IMG/VR virus record: IMGVR_UViG_3300032257_000055
Coordinates: 1-36,773 of that record
From: a virus
Taxonomy: Duplodnaviria > Caudoviricetes
Direction: 5' to 3' (one strand)
DNA: 36,773 nucleotides
Under the pieces are notes generated by a model. That model had not been told where the DNA came from. It was given only the letters and a program-made list of their open reading frames with translations, and did not search any database. Position numbers and translations under genes: made by a program. Each line of letters opens with the position of its first letter. Position 1 is the stretch's first letter. This document shows, piece by piece, positions 1 to 7,642 of the stretch.

Positions 1-45
1 GTCTTTTAAGCACGCTCAGAGACTTTCAGATAGCCCCCTATGCTT
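1..45 (-). other. cos terminus, upstream half of cosN region
   Basis: Minus strand reads TAGGGGGCTATCTGAAAGTCTCTGAGCGTGCTTAAAAGAC into position 1. It lies between the HNH gene and terS on a circularised map, as in HK97-like cos phages. Confidence 0.65.
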
Positions 46-87
46 CTTTCTAAGCGCGGACATACATCATGCTATATGCTGGCATTG

Positions 88-381
88 CTATGCCTTAGCG
101 CTCAATGCAGGCGCTCTAGCCGCCATAGCATTCATCATTAACTTACTTTTATTTATTTCTGCCGTAACAATAAGATCAGCAATAGCAAAGGCTTTTGATG
201 CCTTCTGCGCCTTAGTTGTTGCCTTTTCTGACTGTATGATCTGCACTGCGCTTATTGTCTGGGCGCTAATGGCGCCAACCATCATTATTGCCAACGAACG
301 CCTAACCCTGAATGGCTTAGAGTATCGTGTGTCTATCCACTTTCTGGCCTTGCCTTGATGGTCTCTATAGCGCTTATCCAT
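88..381 (-). CDS. hypothetical protein (start revised to MDKRY at 381)
   Basis: ATG at 381 overlaps the end of the upstream ORF; Ala-rich helical C-terminus. Confidence 0.6.
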   Translation of the reverse strand: MDKRYRDHQGKARKWIDTRYSKPFRVRRSLAIMMVGAISAQTISAVQIIQSEKATTKAQKASKAFAIADLIVTAEINKSKLMMNAMAARAPALSAKA

Positions 382-634
382 GATCCACCAGCGCATCACG
401 CAGTGCAGCATAGTCGTAAGTGCCAGCCTCAATCAGATCAACACTATCTATACTTCTCCATTCGCGGCACTTACTACCAAACGGACATATGTATTCAACA
501 ACTAAATGCTTTCCTGATTCGCAGGCACCATTCATATCAACAATATCGACAACTATGCCGGCGGCATAAAAAGATAGCCCGTTTGATAGATTCTCATCAT
601 GACTTAAATCTCTAAAGAAGTAGCGCTTATTCAT
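374..634 (-). CDS. hypothetical protein (start MNKRY at 634)
   Basis: ORF track; ATG overlaps the stop of 627..800; coupled to the next gene. Confidence 0.65.
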   Translation of the reverse strand: MNKRYFFRDLSHDENLSNGLSFYAAGIVVDIVDMNGACESGKHLVVEYICPFGSKCREWRSIDSVDLIEAGTYDYAALRDALVDHG

Positions 635-800
635 GCCGATCATCACAAATGTTAATTACTTCACTCATCTGATCGTCATTGAATAATAATGCAGGATCTA
701 CCCCTTTTACAACAATAGAGTTGGGCTTATCATCAAAGTATGCAGGCGCCAAGCCTAGCGAGTGACGTATATAGTTAATTGTGCGCTTGAATATATTCAT
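627..800 (-). CDS. hypothetical protein, 57 aa (MNIFKRTINY...DDRHE)
   Basis: Read by eye; GGAG RBS upstream; TAATG overlap with the lipoprotein gene. Confidence 0.6.
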   Translation of the reverse strand: MNIFKRTINYIRHSLGLAPAYFDDKPNSIVVKGVDPALLFNDDQMSEVINICDDRHE

Positions 801-979
801 TAGATATTATCTCCGTAGTAGCACACAAAGCCATTCTTAGCGGGTATGATCTCACCACCTTGATCTGAGCATAGCTTGTAGTCGAACTCGTCGATCATTT
901 CATCACTGTCTGCCGCTCGGTCTGATCCGCCGCATGATGATAGGATGATTAAAACTGTTAAGGCTGCTAATATTTTCAT
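800..979 (-). CDS. small lipoprotein, 59 aa (MKILAALTVLIILSSCGG...)
   Basis: Read by eye; basic N-terminus, hydrophobic core, lipobox LSS-C; two further Cys. Confidence 0.7.
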   Translation of the reverse strand: MKILAALTVLIILSSCGGSDRAADSDEMIDEFDYKLCSDQGGEIIPAKNGFVCYYGDNI

Positions 980-1025
980 TTGATAATCTACTCGTGTAGT
1001 AGGTAATTGATTCGTGATAAGCGAG

Positions 1026-1073
1026 GCGGAAGGCGGTCACGAGTCCGCTTTTCGGGTTGCATACCCTATCCGC
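1026..1073 (-). ncRNA. Y-shaped C4/CI-like antisense-type RNA element
   Basis: GCGGA...UCCGC closing stem with inner hairpins GGG-UAUGCAA-CCC and GCGG-ACUCGUGA-CCGC; the loop is complementary to downstream sites at 1012-1017 and 990-996. Confidence 0.55.
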
Positions 1074-1079
1074 TATATA

Positions 1080-1108
1080 ATGATAGGCTAATAAAGCAAT
1101 GCTATCAA
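1080..1108 (-). promoter_or_regulatory. sigma70-like promoter
   Basis: TTGATA-17 bp-TATCAT; predicted +1 near 1073 coincides with the start of the RNA element. Confidence 0.55.
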
Positions 1109-1446
1109 GCCTTTGACTCACGCTTAGTTTTTATGTCATGGCATGATTTGCATATTGACTCTAGATTTCGCCTTTGATCTGTACCGCCCTTAGCCTTGTT
1201 TATAATGTGGTCCACGTCTACCGCTTTAGTGAATATACCGTCCCTTATACATGGTTGGCATAAATGCCCATCTTCTTGCAGCACTCTCACCTTAAGCTTT
1301 CTCCACTTGTGCCCATATCCGCGCTCATTGCTGCTCTTTCCGTTATGATTCCATGCTTCAATTTTATGATCGTTACATCTACCCTTTTTGGCTGCGTACT
1401 TGGTACACATGGGGTGAGTGCATGGCCTTGGAGCCGCCATAGGCAT
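1105..1446 (-). CDS. HNH endonuclease (HK97 gp74-like, terminase-associated)
   Basis: RGYG..W motif, CQPC, VDHIINKAKGGTD..NLESICKSCH; adjacent to cos/terS on the circular map. Confidence 0.92.
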   Translation of the reverse strand: MPMAAPRPCTHPMCTKYAAKKGRCNDHKIEAWNHNGKSSNERGYGHKWRKLKVRVLQEDGHLCQPCIRDGIFTKAVDVDHIINKAKGGTDQRRNLESICKSCHDIKTKRESKA

Positions 1447-1775
1447 TATAGTTTACTATCTATCTGAACGTAAAATCCACGGCTTAGACTTAGACCTGCG
1501 GCTGTTACGATATTATTCACAATATAAGCCTCACCACTTGAGCTGGTCGTTGTTAGTCTAACCGCGTTTGCATCTGTGTACGTTATGCCGTCAATTGTCA
1601 CCGATTGGTTTGTTTGCTCGCTTGCCTTTGTCCATCCTGCCGGCACTGTCCAGGTGCTTGTGCTTATCGTATCTCCATCCAGTTTAGTCGTCCAAACCAC
1701 ATAAAACGCATCATCATCGAGCGGGTTAAAGTCTTCGTTTAATCTTGGCGCTCGCTTACCGTTGTGTATAGCCAT
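1446..1775 (-). CDS. small virion protein, putative fibre/appendage adaptor
   Basis: Beta-rich 109 aa with P.DD..Y...W..KL.GDTISTSTW.V motif typical of small phage adaptor proteins; coupled to neighbours. Confidence 0.55.
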   Translation of the reverse strand: MAIHNGKRAPRLNEDFNPLDDDAFYVVWTTKLDGDTISTSTWTVPAGWTKASEQTNQSVTIDGITYTDANAVRLTTTSSSGEAYIVNNIVTAAGLSLSRGFYVQIDSKL

Positions 1776-2002
1776 TACTCATAAACCTCTATAATTCTAT
1801 CGCTTTTTGACATAACTAAAACCCTTTCTAGAGCGCATACCTGCGAGACCCTATCAACACCATCAACAAAAACCGATCTAGATCTAAGGCCCACATTATC
1901 CAGTGGAGACCCAATTGTATAGCCACTTGTGACAACGTTGGGAATATCACCAATTAATGTGCCATTCCCGAATCCTCTTGTTACTACTAGAGAAATTGAC
2001 AT
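1775..2002 (-). CDS. hypothetical virion-associated protein
   Basis: Translationally coupled on both sides (TAATG); VVTRGFG/VVTSGY internal repeat. Confidence 0.6.
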   Translation of the reverse strand: MSISLVVTRGFGNGTLIGDIPNVVTSGYTIGSPLDNVGLRSRSVFVDGVDRVSQVCALERVLVMSKSDRIIEVYE

Positions 2003-4272
2003 TACGTAGACCGCGTTCGGCTGGTTGGCTTTGTTGTATCAAGCGTATGCGTTGCCGCCGTTGTTGCGCCATCTAACTTTTTAGTTGTTATCGTTTTGCC
2101 AGTTATCGAAAAATCGCCTATCATTTGCTGTATCAAGTACAAAGCCTGGGCAATCGTTGGAGCCACACCATCATCCGCGTAGCTTTCCGTCATTTGCGTT
2201 GTGTGAATATCGCTTACACTAATGTCGTTCAATGCCGCTATAGCCACACCGTTTGCAGTGATACCGGCGTTGTCTGGCGCAATCGTATTGGCGCCATCAG
2301 TCCCGCGCATATCCGTATTAGTTGTTGTCACATCGACAAGATCAACATTAACAACCGCACCCGATAAAGTAGTGATTGCCCCAGCGCTTACAATGTCCGT
2401 TGCTGCTATATCGTTTAGCCCTGTAATTTGCGCGGGTATAGTCGTTCCTGTATCGACCAGTATTGCGTCAACGTTTGCATCAACTGTCGCAAGATTTGCC
2501 GCCGTTGCTGCGTTGTCAGTCCCTCGCATATCGGTATTTGTCGTTGTTGTTGCCACTGTCGTGACGTTTGCCACTGTGTCGGTTGATGGGTCGAAATAGT
2601 CAGCACTAGGAAGCGTTCGAGCCTCCATTTCCGCATTTGTCGGCCCGTCATATGCTGTTATAGCTGCACTTGACGCACTCTGAATTTGAGCGTAATCAAC
2701 TCGACCACCATCAACGATAGTCACGGCACCGCCTGAGCTATCTGTTAACGTGAAGTTGCCAAATATAGCCACCTGACCGCCTACACAGCTTGCATCAATA
2801 AGTATATTGCCTCCTTCTCCATGTATTTCTGATATCGACGAAGCAACCATGCCTTTTAACTGAATACCAACACTGGTTCTTGTAGATATAAATTGGACAT
2901 CTGCAAGGCTATTAAAATCGAATGTAGGATATGTGCCAACAGCAACGGCGCGCGGAACGTCCCACGTATATGTGTTTGATGCTTGAGCTGCCACAACGTC
3001 CCCGCCGAACGCGCAATCTGTTGCAAAATAATCGCCAAGGGTGTTGCCATCAAGCCGGCAAGAGTCAAGGAAGACTCGTTGAGCGTTGGAACCAGAGTCA
3101 TTACCCTGAATTCTTGCGCGCCTAAAATAGGAAAAACTTAGAGATCTACCATCCAGATTTACAACATACCCGCTCTGATCATTTTGGAAGTTGTACCCTT
3201 CGAAATCTTGACCTAATGCGCCTAAATTTGAACCATCAGATATGTTAAACGTGTTCAAACCTTGGGAATCTGCAATTGTTCTAGCGTCTGTAATGTTGTC
3301 GCTAGGATTAGATGCAGTTCCTACGCCAGAGCCGGTGCCTGAAATTCCTGTATTAGTGTTAATCCAAACAGCACCTCCCTCAAACCCCAAGGTTCCAGTT
3401 TGCGCAACAGCATATACAAAAACGCTATCTAATCGTAAAGTAGGGTTAGATTGAGCTGTTAAAGTTATAAATCTAGTTAGAACTCTACCTAGATTCGCGC
3501 CAGTACCCGTGTTTTCAAGGGGGATTAGAACAGCGTCAACAGTGTCATTTACTGACGTGTTACTTTTGCCCTCATAAATTGCTTTCGTTTCCCACGTAGT
3601 ATTTGTCCAGTTGTATGCCTGTATATATATCTCATCATTGCCACCGTTTAATATACCTTTAAAATCAATCAAGGTAGCGATGCGATCAGGCCCAACATTA
3701 AACTCTTGCACTATATCAATTATATTGCCCGTATCATCTATAACCTGTCGGACATTATCGGTTGCCTTTAAATCAGCAAAAGTTCCTGAAGTTTGAACAC
3801 CGACAAAGCTGACACCCTCTATCGAAGATAAAACATTGTCATTTTCAACAGCAAAAGGTATGCCAGATCCTGTTGCCGACCCTAGCGCATTTACCTGTGA
3901 TTGCGTCGCCGGATATGTGTCACCTAGCAATCCAGTCACACCATCAAACTGAAGCTCTAGATTATCGGCGGCTGTTGTGTCGTCGCTAATAGAAATGATA
4001 TTTGCATCAACTGAGGTATACACCTGGACGCTAGCCGTGATCGCTCCAGTACCGGTAAATGTGAAAGTAATATGCTCGCCGTTAGTTTCGGCCTGCGTTG
4101 GCGTGTAGCTGTGATAACCATTCCCCTCGTGAGCTGGTGCCGTTCCCGCGCCAGCCGTTTGGGTTCCGTTGTCGATAGTTACTAAGACAGAAACAGCGCC
4201 AGTGAAGGCGGTTCCATCTGCTACTGTCGTCATCTGTGCGCCAATGCTTTGACTCGCAACGTTCTTTTTCAT
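2002..4272 (-). CDS. large T/D/A/G-rich virion appendage (fibre-like) protein
   Basis: 756 aa; composition of structural fibres; repeated TTTNTDMRGTD; central beta-solenoid-like segment. Confidence 0.7.
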   Translation of the reverse strand: MKKNVASQSIGAQMTTVADGTAFTGAVSVLVTIDNGTQTAGAGTAPAHEGNGYHSYTPTQAETNGEHITFTFTGTGAITASVQVYTSVDANIISISDDTTAADNLELQFDGVTGLLGDTYPATQSQVNALGSATGSGIPFAVENDNVLSSIEGVSFVGVQTSGTFADLKATDNVRQVIDDTGNIIDIVQEFNVGPDRIATLIDFKGILNGGNDEIYIQAYNWTNTTWETKAIYEGKSNTSVNDTVDAVLIPLENTGTGANLGRVLTRFITLTAQSNPTLRLDSVFVYAVAQTGTLGFEGGAVWINTNTGISGTGSGVGTASNPSDNITDARTIADSQGLNTFNISDGSNLGALGQDFEGYNFQNDQSGYVVNLDGRSLSFSYFRRARIQGNDSGSNAQRVFLDSCRLDGNTLGDYFATDCAFGGDVVAAQASNTYTWDVPRAVAVGTYPTFDFNSLADVQFISTRTSVGIQLKGMVASSISEIHGEGGNILIDASCVGGQVAIFGNFTLTDSSGGAVTIVDGGRVDYAQIQSASSAAITAYDGPTNAEMEARTLPSADYFDPSTDTVANVTTVATTTTNTDMRGTDNAATAANLATVDANVDAILVDTGTTIPAQITGLNDIAATDIVSAGAITTLSGAVVNVDLVDVTTTNTDMRGTDGANTIAPDNAGITANGVAIAALNDISVSDIHTTQMTESYADDGVAPTIAQALYLIQQMIGDFSITGKTITTKKLDGATTAATHTLDTTKPTSRTRST

Positions 4273-4279
4273 GTCAGTA

Positions 4280-4927
4280 TCACTGTATTATTTGATTTGT
4301 GTTTGATGCCCATGCTGCCTGAAACCCGCCGCCGCCCGTTACTTCGATTACCTGAAACCCTACGGCATCAGTGGCGCTATCATCACTACATAAACACGTT
4401 ATCGTAACCGCAGCAGCAGTCAGCCCTGAAAATCGTACGTAGTTTCCGGTAGTGTCTGGAGTTCCTGCGCTTGTGCTTGTGACTTGCGTTAGCGTGCCAG
4501 AGTTGAAATTATCAGAGCCTTGGTTTTCGTAGTAATACGTTGTCGTGCCGTCGCTAACGCTGAACGTTTCGCCGCTTGCGTTCCCCACATCCTCAGCAAA
4601 ATATATGATTATGTCGTACTCAGAATACGGGATTTCGCTAAAATCTATCGTTGATCCGCTAGCGTCATCAGTCGCAACGCCACGAGTAAACATATCGAAC
4701 AGGTCACCAGACCCTACCGCTCGCGTGGTTTTGTTGCCTCGCATTGCAGCAGTAACCAAATCTAGAGTTGTGGCCGATCCGGTTTGATCCTCTAAATTTG
4801 TTTGTGACGTATTCGGAAACCCGCTGTATTGCAGCCAATTAGTATACGGCTCGACCCCAATTGTAGCCGTAGGGCTTACCGCTGTTCCGCTGCCTAAATC
4901 GCCTGATACCGCGTCACCGAATGCCAT
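4280..4927 (-). CDS. putative virion structural protein (beta-sandwich/carbohydrate-binding-like)
   Basis: 215 aa, S/T/G/D-rich; C-terminal GGGGFQAAWA; same operon as the fibre-like gene. Confidence 0.6.
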   Translation of the reverse strand: MAFGDAVSGDLGSGTAVSPTATIGVEPYTNWLQYSGFPNTSQTNLEDQTGSATTLDLVTAAMRGNKTTRAVGSGDLFDMFTRGVATDDASGSTIDFSEIPYSEYDIIIYFAEDVGNASGETFSVSDGTTTYYYENQGSDNFNSGTLTQVTSTSAGTPDTTGNYVRFSGLTAAAVTITCLCSDDSATDAVGFQVIEVTGGGGFQAAWASNTNQIIQ

Positions 4928-5232
4928 TATTTAGCACACTCTTTTAGTTGTTGTCTGTGTTTGACGTTAAACGTTTTAACTGCACTTTGAAGCAGTCCGA
5001 GCTGCACCGCCAACTCTTCATCTTTGACCGCGCCAGTACTCAACAATGAATTAGCGTGTGCTAACTGGTTGATAACTGTGAGTATTTCGACTTGAGCCGT
5101 TAGCGCTTGAATAGTGCCGTCGTGATCCTGCGTCTTGTTTCCCCACCAAAATATTGACACAACTATACCGAGTGACGTTACAGCACCAATTGTTTTTACT
5201 ATCAAACTAAAGTTTTTAGCTAGCCAACGCAT
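4927..5232 (-). CDS. membrane-anchored coiled-coil protein
   Basis: Start MRWLAK at 5232; one TM segment (IGAVTSLGIVVSIFWW) followed by heptad-like helix. Confidence 0.6.
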   Translation of the reverse strand: MRWLAKNFSLIVKTIGAVTSLGIVVSIFWWGNKTQDHDGTIQALTAQVEILTVINQLAHANSLLSTGAVKDEELAVQLGLLQSAVKTFNVKHRQQLKECAK

Positions 5233-5233
5233 A

Positions 5234-5527
5234 TTATCTCGATATAAAAACTGTTTCAGTCTCAGTGTGACGACATTTGTCACATTGTACCGCTAATTGT
5301 TTAATCTCAAGGCCCATTAAATCCAGCACTTTACGATCAATATCTGTCTGTATTGTAGCAAGGTTGCACACATAGTCATAATCTAGCCCGTATTTTTCAG
5401 CGTATAACTGGTATCCGATTTCTGGCGTTGAGCGCGCTTGGCGGCTTACTGAGTAGCGAACGTGAGACCTAAATTCACTTGCAAAGTGCTTAGCTAGTAA
5501 AGGCTTATCGACTGTGTATTGTTTCAT
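5234..5527 (-). CDS. hypothetical protein with C-terminal CxxC
   Basis: ORF track; fills the operon between neighbours. Confidence 0.6.
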   Translation of the reverse strand: MKQYTVDKPLLAKHFASEFRSHVRYSVSRQARSTPEIGYQLYAEKYGLDYDYVCNLATIQTDIDRKVLDLMGLEIKQLAVQCDKCRHTETETVFISR

Positions 5528-5536
5528 AACGCTATT

Positions 5537-5689
5537 TTACGCGCCTTGATACGCTAGCGATACTAGACCGACGAACGAGCCGCATAGCACAGCAATAACA
5601 AGACGACCGGTCATATTGTAGTAGGCTCCTTCCGCATAAAAATATCCGAAAATCCCAGCGATCAATACTAGCGTCGATAACAGAATCAT
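5537..5689 (-). CDS. small two-TM membrane protein, 50 aa
   Basis: Read by eye: MILLSTLVLIAGIFGYFY...LVIAVLCGSFVGLVSLAY; GAGGGG RBS. Confidence 0.6.
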   Translation of the reverse strand: MILLSTLVLIAGIFGYFYAEGAYYNMTGRLVIAVLCGSFVGLVSLAYQGA

Positions 5690-5712
5690 AGCACCCCCTC
5701 GATTTATATACA

Positions 5713-5798
5713 TTTTAGCACTATTAAATTAATTTATATATTTAACGCAAAAAGCTTTACACTAAAGTAAAAGGCTGTATAATTCTAATCATCGAAAC
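5713..5798. promoter_or_regulatory. divergent promoter region with inverted-repeat operator
   Basis: Plus: TTTACA(5756)-16 bp-TATAAT(5778), then CATCGAAAC; IR TTTAC-N6-GTAAA. Minus: TGCTAAAAT extended -10 near 5713-5721. Confidence 0.65.
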
Positions 5799-5818
5799 AA
5801 ACAACGGGAAGCAAGAAA

Positions 5819-6427
5819 ATGAAAACTACTAAAGAAGTTCTTGAGATTGCAATGGAAAACTCCGACAACGCTAAATCAGCAATTGATTTTCTTGAAGATG
5901 GCGCAGCAATGGCAGCGCTTGGAATCACCGACGAGGATCAAGATTCTGTTGAGGAAGCAAGCGAAATCTTATCGGGACCGATTTACAGCAAGGGCATTCA
6001 ATACATAAACAAAACTGACGACGCGACTACAGAAACTCGATGGTTCCACGTCAACGGCGAAGTTTGGGGCCTGTGTGACGATGGGCGAATGCTTGACGAA
6101 GACGGTATTCCTTGCTCCGACGAGCCGACTGAAATCAAAGAAGCGATTGAAGAATACATCAATGTTGCGCCCTCTCAATTCGTTCGCGATTGCAACAGCA
6201 AAGAAGCGATTATTGACGGCTTAAAAGACGAATCTACTAGAACATTTCACGCGGCCAGCTACTTAGCCGACGCTGTTTTAGATGATCTGAATTATCTTAC
6301 GCACGCTTGTTGTCACACTAGAGAAGAAAACTTGGCGGCTCAACTTGAAATATTTGTAGATGCTGGTGCGGTTTTTGACCACAAAGAAGCTATGGCGCTA
6401 GCTAACCGCCTTCTAGCCGCATCCTAA
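5819..6427 (+). CDS. acidic early protein (candidate anti-defence)
   Basis: First gene after a strong promoter; about 43 D/E versus about 15 K/R in 202 aa by hand count. Confidence 0.75.
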   Translation: MKTTKEVLEIAMENSDNAKSAIDFLEDGAAMAALGITDEDQDSVEEASEILSGPIYSKGIQYINKTDDATTETRWFHVNGEVWGLCDDGRMLDEDGIPCSDEPTEIKEAIEEYINVAPSQFVRDCNSKEAIIDGLKDESTRTFHAASYLADAVLDDLNYLTHACCHTREENLAAQLEIFVDAGAVFDHKEAMALANRLLAAS

Positions 6428-6461
6428 AAAACTAAGGGGCTACGGCCCCAATAGGTGAACC

Positions 6462-6710
6462 ATGAAAAAAAATAATTGCAATCTAATAAACTGCCCTATT
6501 TGCTCCGACGCTAAACGCTATGACACGATAGACGAATACAAAGACGCGGAGTTTGACGGTGACTATAAAGCTGTTGCTCAATTCTGGGGGTTTAATCCTG
6601 CGATGTTTTCGCAGCTACGACGCAAAAAAACGTATCGATTTGAGGTTGCGAAAAATGGCGATCATTCACGAATCAACGAAAAGCGCGAGACTAAAGGGGC
6701 TATGCAATGA
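6462..6710 (+). CDS. HTH-like DNA-binding protein
   Basis: YKAVAQFWGFNPAMFSQLRRK fits a Cro-type HTH; AGGTG RBS. Confidence 0.55.
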   Translation: MKKNNCNLINCPICSDAKRYDTIDEYKDAEFDGDYKAVAQFWGFNPAMFSQLRRKKTYRFEVAKNGDHSRINEKRETKGAMQ

Positions 6711-6886
6711 AAAGCAGCATTAAAACCATAGCGACAATTATAGTCTTTTTTGCCGCTGGCTGGTTTGCACATTTTTTATACATGGACTATCAGATATTAA
6801 CAGGCAAAATGCAGCCTGCCGTCACAGCCAGAAACAACGGATGGTATGTTGAGTATAAGCCCAGCGAGGATTTAAGCGATGAATAA
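6707..6886 (+). CDS. small membrane protein, 59 aa
   Basis: ATGA overlap; N-terminal TM (IATIIVFFAAGWFAHFLY). Confidence 0.55.
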   Translation: MKSSIKTIATIIVFFAAGWFAHFLYMDYQILTGKMQPAVTARNNGWYVEYKPSEDLSDE

Positions 6887-6970
6887 AAAAAGCGGGCTAA
6901 TCAAAGCCGTCGCAATAGTGACATTTTTTGTCATAGCATCTATAGCTGTATCAACTTTGGAGTATTCAGC

Positions 6971-7135
6971 ATGAGCGAATTCAGAACCGCTTTACAGTGC
7001 CAAGCGCGAGGCTGTGACGGCTGTGTAGTGTGCGATAGAGAGAATTATACTCAGGACGATCTTTTACAGTATAGAGCTATCGAAAAAGAGCTTAATGAGA
7101 GAATGAAAGACTTTCCAGAGTTTAACAATGGATAG
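6971..7135 (+). CDS. small Cys-rich protein, 54 aa
   Basis: GGAG RBS; CQARGCDGCVVC. Confidence 0.55.
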   Translation: MSEFRTALQCQARGCDGCVVCDRENYTQDDLLQYRAIEKELNERMKDFPEFNNG

Positions 7136-7149
7136 AATCATGTAGTACA

Positions 7150-7319
7150 ATGTATTGAGTGTATATTGATAAGGGCAGGTAACGCCCATTATGCGGACCT
7201 AAACTAACGAAGCCGAAACAGGGCGCACTTATGTACGTCGTAAGTGCGGAATCCTTAGTAGGACGGATCGAGTACTCCGAAATGGTAAGCCCTGCTCTTT
7301 TCAGTATACATTCATACAT
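7150..7319 (+). ncRNA. candidate structured ncRNA with about 29-bp closing stem and multibranch core
   Basis: 7150-7179 pairs with 7291-7319 (3 G-U, 1 mismatch, 1 bulge); inner helices; followed by a terminator. Confidence 0.65.
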
Positions 7320-7329
7320 AGAAGCTTAC

Positions 7330-7367
7330 AAAAAACCCGCTATTCAGAAATGTCTAGCGGGTTTTTT
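7330..7367. terminator. bidirectional intrinsic terminator
   Basis: AAAAAACCCGCTA-loop-TAGCGGGTTTTTT. Confidence 0.85.
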
Positions 7368-7419
7368 ATTGGGAGTCTTTGCAGAGACTTAACCCAGGGC
7401 AACGTGCTATCAACAGCAT
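7330..7419 (-). ncRNA. candidate small RNA (about 90 nt including terminator)
   Basis: Extended -10 TGGTATAAT (7424-7432); two hairpins, then the bidirectional terminator; no ORF. Confidence 0.5.
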
Positions 7420-7433
7420 ATAGATTATACCAC

Positions 7434-7470
7434 AAAAAAAGCCCCTAGATTTTTTACGTCTAGAGGCTTT
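7434..7470 (-). terminator. intrinsic terminator of the TerB operon
   Basis: GCCTCTAGA-loop-TCTAGGGGC followed by T7 on the minus strand. Confidence 0.8.
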
Positions 7471-7474
7471 ACGA

Positions 7475-7642
7475 TCATTCTTTATCTTGCCCTTTTGGGA
7501 ACTTCCAAACAACTAAAAAAAGCAGCCCAACAAGCAGTGCGTCAGCTAGAAATGACATAAAGAAAAGCCTAAAATCTACAACCACTATAAACACCCCGAT
7601 TATCACAATCAGGGGCGTTTTTGCTTTGCTGAAAAAACCCAC
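7475..7642 (-). CDS. small two-TM membrane protein coupled to TerB, 55 aa
   Basis: Read by eye: GTG start overlaps the TerB TAG; MGFFSKAKTPLIVIIGVFIVVVDFRLFFMSFLADALLVGLLFLVVWKF. Confidence 0.7.
   Translation of the reverse strand: MGFFSKAKTPLIVIIGVFIVVVDFRLFFMSFLADALLVGLLFLVVWKFPKGQDKE

Noticed and set aside
39-93. Repeated (T/C)ATGC(T/C) motifs near the left end as possible terminase or HTH binding sites
   Set aside because: Too short and irregularly spaced; they do not match the TTGCATGCAA operator.
903-1121. 72-aa minus-strand ORF after HNH
   Set aside because: Overlaps a promoter, the RNA element and the better-supported lipoprotein ORF in another frame.
7205-7222. CTAACGA...GAAAC resembling a hammerhead ribozyme core
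   Set aside because: The core needs CUGANGA plus a stem II before GAAA; here it is CUAACGA with only 4 nt in between.
7122-7319. 65-aa minus-strand ORF
   Set aside because: Lies just downstream of a terminator, has no RBS, and is antisense to the structured RNA.
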